Of a DNA stretch of 64,000 bases, positions 49,813-63,848 are shown in pieces. Positions within the stretch are counted from its first letter, which is position 1. Every line of letters starts with the position of its first letter. The translations under genes and the position numbers were made by a program. The notes below the pieces were generated by a model. That model ran no database searches, was not told the DNA's origin, and saw only the letters and a list, made by a program, of their open reading frames with translations. Where the stretch lies: the NCBI GenBank assembly GCA_964016885.1, contig OZ024745.1, positions 117,242,001-117,306,000 on the forward strand, written 5' to 3'. The stretch comes from Eledone cirrhosa. Its lineage: Eukaryota.

Positions 49813-51802
49813 TGGGTTGCCACTGGGGCCTCCCGTTTCTATACATTATCACAATGGGTTGCCACTGGCCCTCCCGTTTCTATACATTATCACAATGGGT
49901 TGCCACTGGCCCTCCTGTTTCTATACATTATCACAATGGGTTGCCAGTGGGCCCTCCCGTTTCTATACATTATCACAATGGGTTGCCACTGGGTCCTTCC
50001 ATTTCTATACATTATCACAATGGGTTGCCACTGGCCCTCCTGTTTCTATACATTATCACAATGGGTTGCCAGTGGGCCCTCCCGTTTCTATACATTATCA
50101 CAATGGGTTGCCACTGGCCCTCCTGTTTCTATACATTATCACAATGGGTTGCCAGTGGGCCCTCCCGTTTCTATACATTATCACAATGGGTTGCCACTGG
50201 GTCCTTCCATTTCTATACATTATCACAATGGGTTGCCACTGGCCCTCCTGTTTCTATACATTATCACAATGGGTTGCCAGTGGGCCCTCCCGTTTCTATA
50301 CATTATCACAATGGGTTGCCACTGGCCCTCCTGTTTCTATACATTATCACAATGGGTTGCCAGTGGGCCCTCCCGTTTCTATACATTATCACAATGGGTT
50401 GCCACTGGCCCTCCTGTTTCTATACATTATCACAATGGGTTGCCACTGGGCCCTCCCGTTTCTATACATTATCACAATGGGTTGCCACTGGCCCTCCCGT
50501 TTCTATACATTATCACAATGGGTTGCCACTGGCCCTCCCGTTTCTATACATTATCACAATGGGTTGCCAGTGGGCCCTCCCGTTTCTATACATTATCACA
50601 ATGGGTTGCCACTGGGTCCTCCCGTTTCTATACATTATCACAATGGGTTGCCAGTGGGCCCTCCCGTTTCTATACATTATTACAATGGGTTGCCACTGGG
50701 TCCTCCCGTTTCTATACATTATCACAATGGGTTGCCACTGGCCCTCCCGTTTCTACACATTATCACAATGGGTTGCCACTGGCCCTCCCGTTTCTATACA
50801 TTATCACAATGGGTTGCCACTGGCCCTCCTGTTTCTATACATTATCAAAATGGGTTGCCACTGGGCCCTCCCGTTTCTATACATTATCACAATGGGTTGC
50901 CACTGGGCCCTCCCGTTTCTACACATTATCACAATGGGTTGCCACTGGCCCTCCCGTTTCTATACATTATCACAATGGGTTGCCACTGGCCCTCCCATTT
51001 CTATACATTATCACAATGGGTTGCCACTGGCCCTCCCATTTCTATACATTATCACAATGGGTTGCCACTGGCCCTCCCATTTCTATACATTATCACAATG
51101 GGTTGCCACTGGGCCCTCCCGTTTCTACACATTATCACAATGGGTTGCCACTGGCCCTCCCGTTTCTATACATTATCACAATGGGTTGCCACTGGCCCTC
51201 CTGTTTCTATACATTATCAAAATGGGTTGCCACTGGGCCCTCCCGTTTCTATACATTATCACAATGGGTTGCCACTGGCCCTCCCGTTTCTACACATTAT
51301 CACAATGGGTTGCCACTGGCCCTCCTGTTTCTATACATTATCAAAATGGGTTGCCACTGGCCCTCCCGTTTCTACACATTATCACAATGGGTTGCCACTG
51401 GCCCTCCTGTTTCTATACATTATCAAAATGGGTTGCCACTGGCCCTCCCGTTTCTACACATTATCACAATGGGTTGCCACTGGCCCTCCCGTTTCTATAC
51501 ATTATCAAAATGGGTTGCCACTGGGTCCTCCCGTTTCTATACATTATCACAATGGGTTGCCACTGGGCCCTCCCGTTTCTATACATTATCACAATGGGTT
51601 GCCACTGGCCCTCCCGTTTCTACACATTATCACAATGGGTTGCCACTGGCCCTCCCGTTTCTATACATTATCACAATGGGTTGCCACTGGCCCTCCCGTT
51701 TCTATACATTATCACAATGGGTTGCCACTGGGTCCTCCCGTTTCTATACATTATCACAATGGGTTGCCACTGGCCCTCCCATTTCTATACATTATCACAA
51801 TG
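49813..51802. repeat. 41/42-bp minisatellite, ~48 copies
   Basis: Unit tgggttgccactgg(g)ccctcccgtttctatacattatcacaa. Confidence 0.97.
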
Positions 51803-52789
51803 ATTATATTTCCAAAGAAAAGACAGGCTTTATTTTCTGGTACTCTGGTTTTTACTCATTTTTAAATGGCAGTGGTTTGTGGTGTGTTTGTAGAGTCATT
51901 AGAGCGTAGGACAAAATGCCTTGTGGTATTTGTTCCAGCTCTCTGTGCTCTGAGTTCAAATCGCACTGAGAATGTACTGAAGATGTAGCGAGGGTAAATA
52001 TGGAAAGGAAGATATTCAGGAAGTTGTTATTTCTCCTGGCAACAAATGGCTTCTTTGTCATAGTGAAGGGCTGACCTTATGATGCTTGTGTTTGAACTGC
52101 TGTGCTGCATGATAGCAAGAAATGGGCCTTCAATATAGAAGATTTATGTCAGTTGGAAAGAAATGAGGCATGCATGCGCTGCTGGATGAGATAACTGAAG
52201 ACCATGATGACTGGTGATTTGCTGCTCTAGGGAAGACTTGTTCACCATTACAAGCACAGCAGCAAGCATTAAACATGTGTGTTTAGCAGAAAAATCTTTA
52301 AAATAAGATTTTTGGTTGCGAGAAGGATCCTTAATGAAGATGTAGTTAAAGGCTGCATGTTTATATTTAGTCCATGTGGAAGGATCAAATAGGAAAGCAC
52401 GGTGAGGAAATAACAAAGGTTTATTTTCTTCCGTTAATTGAAATGAGCACAAGGAGATTGAAAAGCTGGTAGCATACTGCATTATTAAGTTTAACAATAA
52501 AAATGTATTTGAAATAAGGGAAGAATGTTGCTAGGCCCTTGCCGAGAGGGCCCAGGCTGCTTGTTTAGTGCTACATCTTGCCAGTTACTCCAGGGAACGA
52601 ATTTAGTAATGTCTTGTGTCCACGAAAATGAAGCCGCAACTCTTAGTAATGCAGTCAAAAGAGGGGCGAATTCTCTTGCTGGGCGGAAGTTACTGCTTGG
52701 TATTCCTACACCACAGACTTAAAGTCTTGGCGACTGACCAAGCACGACCCAATTATTCCACCGCGATAAGGTAGTGCCATTGTTTACTA

Positions 52790-53232
52790 AATGTGCGAAG
52801 AGCAAAGCTGCATGGTAGAGAAACATGGACAGTAACTGCAGCGGGTATGCGCAAGCTGGAGAGAAATGAAGCAACCATGATTTGTTGGATGTGCAATGTA
52901 AATGTGAGAGAAAGGCAGAAGTTTGATGACTTGAAGGAGGAACTGGGTTTAAGAGGAATCTAAAGTGGTCTGCAATAGAGAAGACTGCATTGGTATGGAC
53001 ACGGGGTGTGCATTGCTGGGTGAAGATGTACCAGGAAATCCCAATAGAAGCTGCATTAGAAGTAAACCAAGGAAGACCTGGCAGAGGTGGTGAGAGCTGA
53101 TCTCGAAATGCTGGGACTCACAGAGGGGATGACAAAGAAATATAATGAGTGGAGAGATGCTGTGCTGAAAAGGACCCATCCAACCCATTCAAGCATGAAA
53201 AAATGTATGTAAAAACAATGATGATGATGATA
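52790..53232 (+). mobile_element. Decayed RTE 3' fragment
   Basis: LHGRETW...LERNEATMI.WMCNVNV...; tail cccattcaagcatg...(gat)n; a related piece lies at 52010-52190. Confidence 0.8.
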
Positions 53233-53444
53233 TGTATCATCAGTTTATAATCTGTTTTACCATCCTTGCATGGGTTGGACAGATCTTTTCCAGCACAGTA
53301 TCCTCCACTCTTTGTATTCCTTTTACATCTCCTCTGTGAGCTTCAGTGATCATTGTGGTGATGAGGGCTTTGATTTGGAGCCCCCTCTTTTATGACCTTG
53401 CCATGATACCTACTACACTACACTGATTGAGTAAGAGGAGTGAG

Positions 53445-53661
53445 AGGGCATCTGAGTGAGTAAGATGGGAGAGAGGGCATCTGACTGGGTAACATGGAAG
53501 AGAGGGCATCTGACTTGATAACATGGAAGAGATGGCATCTGACTGAGTAACATGGGAGAGAGGGCATCTGACTGGGTAACATGGGAGAGAGGGCATCTGA
53601 CTGGATAACATGGAAGAGAAGGCATCTGACTGGGTAACATGGGAGAGAGGGCATCTGACTG
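53445..53661. repeat. 29-bp tandem repeat, ~7.5 copies
   Basis: agggcatctgactgggtaacatgggagag. Confidence 0.9.
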
Positions 53662-53735
53662 GCCTTTATCCAATCATTTCACCTTTTTCCATCACTTACC
53701 ACCACCATTATCATTTCTGTTACTCCCATTAACAC

Positions 53736-53816
<81 letters not shown>

Positions 53817-54225
53817 CTCTCTCTCTCTCTCTCTCTCTCTACTTTAGAGCTGCCAATATTCACATCACTCATGCCTCCTCCCCATAACTTGCGAAGTGAA
53901 CAAAGCCATGTCTGCACCTACTTTAATTTTCACATTTTATAAGAGCAATCTAAAAACAACAAAGATTTAACAAAATATCAAATCCATATGCCACCCATAT
54001 TATTTTATGGTATGTGTACACAAGTATGTATGTCTATATATATATATATATATATATAGACTGGAATTGAATAATCAAGACCGTAGCGGTGTCATATATC
54101 AAATCATATATTTTGTCTAATGAGGATATACTGAAAAAACAACACAGTACCTTTGAAATATATATAATAAAGTATATATTTTGATTATGAGAATATTTTT
54201 CATTTGTTAATGTTTTGAATAATAT

Positions 54226-54272
<47 letters not shown>

Positions 54273-54776
54273 AAATTGAATTATTAAATCTTGCCATAAC
54301 TTTGAGTAAATAAAACAGTCTAATAATAACAGGGTGTATAATCTCACTGAACAGAAAAAGATGGGCATTGTAAAGATACGTGCTTTCTATATCTTACCTT
54401 CATCTCTAAATCTACCTCTCTGATCCCCACCCAAGTCCTCAGCCCACACTGTAAAATGGTCACTTTGGTGCCACGACAAAAAGTGCCTAGCCCACACTGT
54501 AAAGTGGTCATGTAGGTGTCATGACAAAAAGCTATATATATATATATATATATAGTAATAATAATAAATTTGAAGACTAAAATCCAAAGAGGGCTCGATA
54601 AGGATAAATATATATCAAATATATAAGAACCGTAGAGCAAATATTTATTAAAATAACGGATTAAAGTTTAAGCAAAGAATCGCTGCTTTCACCATTAACG
54701 GGATCTTCTGAAACTAACAAAGTCAATCTGTAAGACTGTGTGTGTGTGTGTGTATTCATGTGTGCATGTGTATATG

Positions 54777-54818
<42 letters not shown>

Positions 54819-54847
54819 CATATACATATACACATGCACACATGAAT

Positions 54848-54908
<61 letters not shown>

Positions 54909-56052
54909 AATAAGGAGTTGACGGACCCAGCATATTTATCAATGCCAGGACCAGTTATATATATATATACACACAAAATATACATAAAAATATATGTGTT
55001 AGCTGATTCCGAAGAGAAAGCAAAGGAAAAAACGAGTGCTCTATGTACAGAACAGAGCATTAAAAATAATATATAAATATATTTTGTTGTTGAAAGAATG
55101 TGATAAATGCAAAGAAAAAACGAGTGCTCTATGTATAGAACAGAGCTGTAAAAATATTTTGTTGTTGAAAGTATGTGATATAAAGGCCCAGGGTGGTAAA
55201 ATAAGGGAGAATGTTCAGGAAAAGATGAAATAAAAAAGTTAATAATATGTAAAATAAGTATAAAATAAAATAAAATAAGTGTTGAATATGTAAAGTAAGA
55301 GAGATTGTTCAAGGTAAAAGTAAGGGAAAAGAAGAAATGAATAAAATAGGTGTAATATAAGATAAAGGCTTAATATAAGTGTTGAATGTGTGATAAAGGT
55401 CTGTAGTGACCTACATTCTGATGGCTCTTGAATACATTCTCCGTGCGTTATTTGGCTCAGTTCAGCCAATCGCTATTGGTGTAGGAGAATGTATCTCAAC
55501 TTCCGCCGAAAGGGAAAAATTACCGCTTCTCTTCGAAAATCTCTCTGAATCTCGAGGTGTTTACCTTCCGCACCGGAAGGTAAACATCTCTTGATTTTTG
55601 TTCCTCAACAAACATTCCAAAATGTAGCTATCGAACAATTACCGCGGCCGTGGATTCTAATTTCAGCCATCGGTCTGCGTATTTTTTACAGTATCTTAAT
55701 TTGTTTTGTTTCATTTCTTATGACATGTCCTCACTGCTAACTGAACTTCTCATCTTTGTAAATAAATTATATATATATAAAAACGTTGTAATGCCTTATG
55801 ATCATATTTGTCACAACATTCCCTTAGACTACTTCGGTTACTCTCTGCGATACAATCCACAAACAAATATTAACATTTATAACAACACATCTCTCTCTCT
55901 CTCTCCAATTAACTCTCAACTAAAATACTCATTCTAAATTGGTGAACATCCACAAAAATACCTATTTCTATAGGTCCCTAGTGTTTAAAGTAAGAAAGAG
56001 TGTTCAAGGTGTAATATATGATAAGTGTTGAATGTGTGAAAGGAGAGAGTGT

Positions 56053-56395
56053 TCAAGGTGAGTAAGTGTCCACAATGGTGATTTGATACCGAGAAAGGAG
56101 ATGAGTTCTTATATGTGGGCAAATTTTAAATATCTCAGAATTAGAGTTAAGACAGGTGTTGGGAGATTTCATATTTTGTAGAATTCTATATTTATATGTT
56201 ACGCACAAGGTACACCTTCTTGTGCCTTTAACATATTCTTTTGATTGGTCTAAAATAGACCAATCAATTTCATATGGGATCCAACGCTCTTTCATGTCCC
56301 ACACTCTATTTGCCAACGCTGTAGTTTTCTTTTTATCCTGGTGTCGAAAGGAAGCGGCATGTGCATAGTATCTTTATTTAAAGTTATCCCACATA
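56053..56395 (-). mobile_element. Penelope-like element GIY-YIG endonuclease C-terminal fragment; 3' region probably extends to ~54640
   Basis: FK*RYYAHAASFRH...TTALANRVWDMK...YEIDWSIL...Y.KG.RRCTLC..KY.IL...LNSNSEIF..CPH, typical PLE endonuclease end. Confidence 0.8.
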
Positions 56396-56414
56396 ACGTA
56401 TTATGATAATAATA

Positions 56415-56605
56415 ATAATTGTTTCTACTTTTGGCACAAGGGCCAGCAATTATCACAGTGTATTACTGGTACTTTATTTTATCGACCTCGTAAGGATGAA
56501 AGGCAAAGTTAACCTCGACAGGATTTGAACTCGGAACGTAAAGGGCCGTAAATCTATAGTGAAAAGCATGGCGGCCGACCCTCTATCGATACTGCTAATC
56601 CACAT
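56415..56605 (-). mobile_element. SINE family A
   Basis: Near full-length reverse-complement copy with (TTA)n tail. Confidence 0.85.
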
Positions 56606-56652
56606 AGTAATAAACGAAAGATAAATACTTTATATCATCTCTATTTAATTTA

Positions 56653-57125
56653 TCTATATATATAAAACTGAGGATGTCTGTGTGTGTGTGTATCTGTGAG
56701 TTTGAATCCCTAAAACTCGAGAAGTACCCAACCGATTTTTTTCAAACTTTACATGTGTATTACATATGTTTCAGGGAGTGTTATGCAAATTCAACTTTTT
56801 GAACCCCTAGGGCCCGCATTAGGTGAAAAACTGCGTTTTTCAGCTTTTTAGGGTTTTTTTGAGGCGTTACGTCAGACCGATTTCCTTGAAATTGTAACTA
56901 TGTATTAGTTAGTCTCTCTTCTTCATACCGTGAGCAAAGAAAATCCAACATTTTTATGGCCTAGGGCCCGCATTAGGTGAAAAACTTCATTTTTTCAGCT
57001 TTTTAGGGTTTTTTTGAGGCGTTACATCTAGCTGATTTTCCCGAAATTTCAAGGCACATAAAAAAAATGTATGGGCCCGCGTTTCAAAATATCTTATCCC
57101 GTGCAACGCCGGGTACCACTGCTAG
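56653..57125 (+). mobile_element. Non-autonomous Helitron family 1, copy A
   Basis: A|TCTATATATATAAAA start; 3' hairpin cccgtgcaacgccggg then CTAG|T; internal ~150-bp duplication. Confidence 0.8.
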
Positions 57126-57608
57126 TATATATATAATTATATATTCGTGTACAGATAGTTTTGCATACACAATAACAAAATATAAACAAACGTATTTATT
57201 TCACGAGGCTCGATAAGGATAAATATATATCAAATATATAAGAACCCTAGAGCAAATCCTGAGCAACGCCGGGCCATTCTGCTAGTCTATATATCTAAAA
57301 CAGAGAATATCTGTCTGACTGATTCCCTAAAACTCGAGAACCACCCAACCGATTTTTTTCAAATTTTACACATGTAATACTTATGGTCCTGCGAGTGTTT
57401 TGAGCAAAACATATTTCAAACTTTCAATGCCCTAGAGACCGCATTAGGCGATTTAGCGATCTCTCTCTATAATTCTTAGTCTTTCTTTTTAGATAGATAC
57501 ATAGATATAACGTTGCGCCCTTATAATATCTGTCTGTATGTCTGGCTGTCTGCATTACGACATTATGACGTCACTATCTGTGTGTGTGTGTGTATATGTA
57601 TATATATA

Positions 57609-57648
<40 letters not shown>

Positions 57649-57929
57649 TGTGTAACGTTTTTCGAAATATTTACTTCTGCCTTCACAGATTGATTTTTTT
57701 AGTTTCAGAAGATCCCGTTAAGGGTGAAAGCAGCGATTCTTTGCTTAAACTTTAATCTGTTATTTTAATATATATAATTATATATTTGTGTACAGATATT
57801 TTTGCATACACAATAACACAAAATATAAATAAAACATATTTATTTCACGAGGCTCGATAAGGATAAATATATATCAAATATATAAGAACCCTAGAGCAAA
57901 TCCTGAGCAACACCAGGCCATTCTGTTAG
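57126..57929 (+). mobile_element. Helitron family 1: 3' fragment joined head-to-tail to copy B
   Basis: 57126-57285 duplicates 57770-57929; junction CTAG|TC at 57285/57286; 5' part homologous to copy A (ccctaaaactcgagaa...). Confidence 0.75.
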
Positions 57930-59864
57930 TGTAGACTATTTTTCTATAGTAAAAGAAATTTAATGAAGCTTCTAACTTTTCTCATAAATTTCATATTCCA
58001 CTCATTGTTTCTCAGATAGGTCAGGGGCTACATTTTGCTTATATGGGCTCCTGCACTCTACCAAATGCATCTTATTATGGCAGATGTACTAGGGAGGTGA
58101 TCATGACTCTGACACAGCTAAAGAGCCCTTCCACCACCTCGTTTGGCAGGTTTTCTACATTATAACAATACATTCAGAAAAAAAAAACAAGTAGGAACGA
58201 CTTGCCAGTATTTATGAGTTCACCTCAAAAGCTGTTTCTAATATCAATGTCATCAAAACAGGCCAGTGTACCAAACTGGAAATTATATCCAAATTAGCAG
58301 TAGAAATGGATGACTAGAGGTATTATAAATTCAACAGTTACCACTAAGCAGCTATATGTCACAAGATTTACATTCAATTGAATGGCTTATCATTAATTTA
58401 AAGTATTTATGTGTTTGAAATTGGTTTTATATACCATGTGCTATTTATAATTTGATTGCATATACAATCCAGGCCCTTCTCACTCCTGTTGGAGGAACCC
58501 CTCTCTGGTTGACTTCCCCCACATTCTGTTTGGCTTTGATCATGTCAGAAGTGTAACCATACTTACCACGCTTGGCCAATTGCAGGTTGGTAAGGCTATT
58601 TAACCCATAATTGGAGTGGATGGTAATTGACTCTGAGGAGTTAATCTGTCCTTTTAACACCTCTTGTTTTTTATGTTGCTGGGGTTCCACTTACTCTCCT
58701 CACCAGATTAGGGTCTGGTGTGGGATATGGTTTATTCACTGACCACTCGACCATGAAGCAGGTTGTACTGAGTTACATGGTACCAATAGCAGGCAGAAGC
58801 CTGACCTGACCTGAATACCTACTTGAATATTTTGCCTAAATGTGTGTACCATTACACCAGGTCATTGTGATGTGTCACAATTTGAATTTAAGCTTGAAGA
58901 AACTTTATTGGTAAATTGATTGTATGATTTGCTATAGGCTATAATTGCCACGGGTATTGAATACATTTATTTAAATTTTCCTGTTCCAAACACATGGCAA
59001 TATCATACTCTTCTAGTTGAGGAACTTTGGTGTTAAGAAGAATTTCATGTGTGAAAGCATGGTATATTATGGAAAATAGATGTATCATAGTTCAAATGCA
59101 ATTGAACTTTGATCTCATTGACATTTTAATGATTCAGTTTATGATTTTCATTAATCATTGAAATTCTTCTTCTTTAGTTCCTTTTGCTCGCCATGAAGCA
59201 TTAGGCAATGACATATCTCCATTCCATACAGTTGCAGACCTTGTCATCGGCATGCTCTCAGGCCTAGTATCTGTTCCCCATTTCTGTAGCAATTTTAATT
59301 AATAGAGATAAGGTTGCTAGCCTCACACTCCTTCCTTCTTAACACTAGCTGAAAACTAATCAAGCATTTTGAAGTGAAAGGGAAGGGGCTCTGTAGCCAT
59401 GGATTGAGGCCCATTTCAGGTACTGTCAGCTAGAGCCAGCTGAGCCTGGGACTCAAATCACTTTAAATGCTAGAAACAAAGGATTGAAATGTTCTAACAT
59501 TAACAATTGTGATACAGTCCAGTCTGAAGAAGTTTAAGCATATATCTTAGAGCTAAATTATCTCATATCTCTATCAGCCTTAGATATAACAAATATGCAT
59601 TATTATAGATATAACAACATATTCAGCTAAACTATTCTACTTAAGGTATCTTTAGCTGGATGTGATGTTCAAAAATCTTCATTGCTTGAAGGAATTAAAT
59701 TAGCCCTTTTGATACTAACTCACTCCAAATTACCTGTTTCTATGAAACAAAAATACCAATGTTAAAGGGTTCCTACATAAATTTAAACCTTCCAGCATAA
59801 TTTCATATAAAAACATTTTGATATATTGCAAATCCCACAGATTTTATGGGTGAAACCAACATGT

Positions 59865-60040
59865 AGGAGACCCAGAGCAAGATGGTTGGATAATATCCAT
59901 GAACTTGGCTGGTCATGCATGGGGATCTAGCTGGAACAGTTGGAGACGGTTACTTCTGTCATGATCCGCTGGAAGGAGTTATTTGAGGACCCTGCCCCCA
60001 CGACCCTCTCAGGAATAAGTGGGCGAAGAAAAGAAGAAGC
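59865..60040 (+). mobile_element. Rex3-like RTE 3' end
   Basis: Matches 42130-42303 including the tail. Confidence 0.8.
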
Positions 60041-60695
60041 AAATCCCATCCTAATAACATTATAATTTAAGTAAATCCTTCCTAAATTCTTCATTAATTA
60101 ACTAAAATACGAAGTATTTAATTTGAAATATGGTAACAAAATATATGTGAACCAGGATATTGTTGGGGGAAAATGTCTTCAGAATTATACCAATGTACAT
60201 AGCCTCACTGATGCTCAGAAGAAAGAAGTTTAGAAACATTATTATGAGAGGCTGATAAATATAGAAAATTAATGAAAAGAAGAGGGATGACCCCAGTTGA
60301 CTTAACGGAGAGAGAGACCAGCTATCGAAGTTGAAAGTAAGTTCAAAGAAACAACCAGGAAAATGAAAAATGGTAAAGCAGTTGGATTGCCAAAGATAGT
60401 CGCTACTTTCTCACTCCTTGTCATCACTTCCATTCTATTCTCACTCTTGATCATGGTTGCCTTAAAGAACACAGACTATGTGGTATATAGAGGATTCCTT
60501 AACAATACAAGGCAACTTCTCTAGTGTTAGTACCATGATAAATGCACTTGAACAGTAACAACAAAGGGTATGGAAGTCTTCTCTCTCTTGTCATCAAGTA
60601 GCTGACTGCGTTCTACTCTTTCAAACCCTGTCTAGTGTATTTGTTCCACCTCATCTGATCTTTCCTAGTGTATTTCAACCTGCCAAACTTTAGAC

Positions 60696-60985
60696 CAGTC
60701 ATGGGCAACCTGCAGCCCTCGAAGCTTTCTGAATGGCTCGCCTAAGTCACCTAAGTGAAATCTTTCTGATTTTTTACCCCAACTTTTCAGTCGTAATTTA
60801 TCTTTCTATCATTTTTACGATCGAGGAAAACAACGTGTACGAATTCTGAAGAAACAAATCAAAACAAGCTGAGTTAGCGCCCTTTTTTTTAAATGTGGGC
60901 ACGAATGTAAATTAGTGCTTGCGGGCCCCTAATGATGAGCTATATCTCATGCAGTCCGCTACACGAAAAAGGTTGCTCGTGCCTG
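60696..60985. mobile_element. hAT (Charlie-like) MITE
   Basis: TIRs cagtcatgggcaacct / aggttgctcgtgcctg; 8-bp TSD ctttagac/ctctagat (nTCTAGAn type). Confidence 0.85.
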
Positions 60986-61065
60986 CTCTAGATTAAGATG
61001 TTAAAATTTAAATGAATTCGTTTGACATGAAAAAGGGAAATGTTTTCTGATGACACTGAATAAAT

Positions 61066-61137
<72 letters not shown>

Positions 61138-61574
61138 AGTGAAGAGCAAAGAGAGGTTGAGAGGGTTCAGAAGGGAAAGAAAATAAGATGAGATGGTTAA
61201 TAGCACGATTAACATACTTGATATGGGAAGTGACATGGGTTTATCCAGTACTAAATGTTGTCCGACCCTTTCTTCCCAGAAATGCCACCTATTAGAACTG
61301 CTCATATTTTCTTGTAAACATCAACTGAGAAACTTTCAAGATGAACCTTGATACTTTAGGAAGGCTTGCAAAAGTTATGGACGTAGTCCCATTAAAATAA
61401 ACTGCTACTACATAATAAATTGCAGCTTCAATTCCAAATTAAACCATTTTTATATTTTTCCGACAACTTGAATATTTCCAGTGAAATAAAACGAAACTAC
61501 AATTTTCAATAGAGCAGAAGTAAAAATATTAAGATCAAGGTCAAGTATAGATCTTCAATATTGGAAGACATAAC

Positions 61575-61810
61575 CACGTGATTTCAGAAACGCTCGCCGT
61601 TGTTCTGGATTGTTTTAAATTGACTTTACGATAATACATTTGAAATATTTTAATTGTTTTAATATTCGTATTCTTAAATATGAACATTGTTCGTTAGAAT
61701 GGCTCCGATATAATATCTTCATACAAAATAATTTTATTTTTATATAACTTACTTTATTCATCATTTCACTAAAGTTTTATATCACTTCGACTACCTAATC
61801 TGAGGTAAGT
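61575..61810 (+). other. Possible promoter / non-coding first exon of a downstream + strand gene
   Basis: E-box CACGTG at ~61576, local CpGs in unique sequence, strong donor GAG|GTAAGT at 61804/61805; no coding evidence. Confidence 0.3.
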
Positions 61811-62204
61811 TATTTATTTAACACCAAATATATTTTAAAATATTGCATATATTTTATTTAGAAGAAATATTTTATTTTGTATTCAATATTTAAAATCATT
61901 ATTATGTTTAACATGTATTATCGTTGTACCTCTTGTCGATAGTTTAGACTTAAATTGTAGAGCAAGATTTTATTTTCTCAAGTTCACAGTTGTATAAATA
62001 ACATTATAAATTGTTTATAGTTCTTACAGAATGAAAATATAAACATATATAATAAATACAATTAATAATTGTTATTTAACAATTGATTATCTAGATAGAT
62101 TTCTCTTTAAAATATCCTTAATTTATTGTCAGATTGATTTCTTTTCTGGAATTGAGATTGACGTTCAATTATTTCTCAGTATGGAAGGGATAAGAATATT
62201 ATTA

Positions 62205-62345
62205 AAAATCCCGCCGAGGTTAACTTTGCCTTTCATCCCTACGAGGTCGATAAAATAAAGTACCAGTCACGTACTGAGGTCGATTTAATCGATTTTCCCT
62301 CTGCCCAACATTGCTGGCCTTGTGCCAAAAGTAGAAGCAATTATT
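62205..62345 (+). mobile_element. SINE family A variant, 3' half
   Basis: aatcccgccgaggttaactttgcctttcatcc...tgctggccttgtgccaaaagtagaa. Confidence 0.8.
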
Positions 62346-63664
62346 GAATATTTATCACATCACTTTATTTACTGACAAAGTAAATTATTTTAGATTATCA
62401 GCTAGCTTCTGACTAACCGAATATCCGAGATGATCGATATTCCTTTAGAAAGGCTTTGATGTTTTTCACTCAGATTTTATCGGTTACGAAATTTGTACAT
62501 GTAATATGAACTCTAGTTTAGTGATTCAGGTTTTCTATTAAAATTCCCGACTGATCGACTATTATTTGTGTTTATATTTTCATTCTGTAAGAAGTATTCT
62601 CTAAGTATTGTATATATTTATGTATTTATCCAATATACAAAACCTCAATGTCACGAAAAGCCATTGACATTATATATAAATTTGAAAAAATGAGCAGTAG
62701 CTAATAAACTTTTAAAATGTATTTGAGATATTTTATTCATCATAGTTGTATAACTAACATTACAAATATGTTTTAAATATATACATAAATAACATTACAA
62801 ATGCATAAAATACACTATAAATTGCCCGCAATTCGTTCAGAAGAACAAATGTCGTTGATAAACACAAATATATATCTATCTAGGGCGGGTAAAATTCCCG
62901 AGATTTCTTTTCAATGGCTGATAATACCTCACCGGCGCCACTCGAATAAGGTAATTATTTAACCCATAAATGGGGCCAGAGCAGACCTGGGAGTGATAAC
63001 AACTATGGGGTAAATCCCACATTCCTCACAGTTCCCCAAGCTGTGGGGAATCTGGGATTTACCCCCGAACTGGAGCCTTGCCACTGGATGCAGTTTAATG
63101 TCATACCCAGGACACAAACACAAATGTAAATGGATAAAAGAGAGGAAAAAAAAGGAGGTGGGGCAAAAACAAAAACGACCACCAAGTGCTACAATATAAA
63201 GGGTTAACTCAACACTTTGAGGCAAGCCACTACTCTCACAGCATTACCGCAGCTAAACGGCTGAAATAACCAGGCATCACCTCACACCTCGGTAAGGCGA
63301 GCCGCCAGTGATTACAAGATCTTCGCTGTCACCGGTCCAACTCTTCCAAACCTCTCCAACATCATAGGCTGGAAAAATAGTTATTTGATAGTTCCTGGTT
63401 TTTTAATTTGGTTCGAAAAATAAGACATTTTAGCCTTCTCTTTTAATGCGTTAAAATCTTTTTAGCATATTTGGCGGCCCAACTCCACCAAACGTTTCGA
63501 AAATCATAGGCGGAGAAAAATTAATTGCTGGATAAATCTAAGTGTTTATTAAAATAACATTCCAAATATACGTTAATAACATTATAAATTGCTCACAATT
63601 CGTTCAGAAGAACATTACAAATATAATGTTGATAAAAAGAGAGAAAAATAAGGTGGGGGAGGCT

Positions 63665-63848
63665 ATATTGGCAGTATCGGTAGAGGGTCGGACGCCATGC
63701 TTTTCAGCATAGTTACGTCCCTTTACGGTCAGAGTTCAAATCCCGCCGAGGTTGACTTTGCCTTTCATCCTTACGGGGTCGATAAAATAAAGTACCAGTA
63801 ATGCACTGGGTAATTGCTGGCCTTGTGCCTAAAGTAGAAACAATTATT
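63665..63848 (+). mobile_element. SINE family A, near full-length and young
   Basis: Nearly identical to 9820-10010. Confidence 0.88.

Noticed and set aside
49659-51909. Three ~700-aa ORFs
   Set aside because: They are translations of a stop-free 41/42-bp minisatellite, with no domain and frames interchanging at each indel
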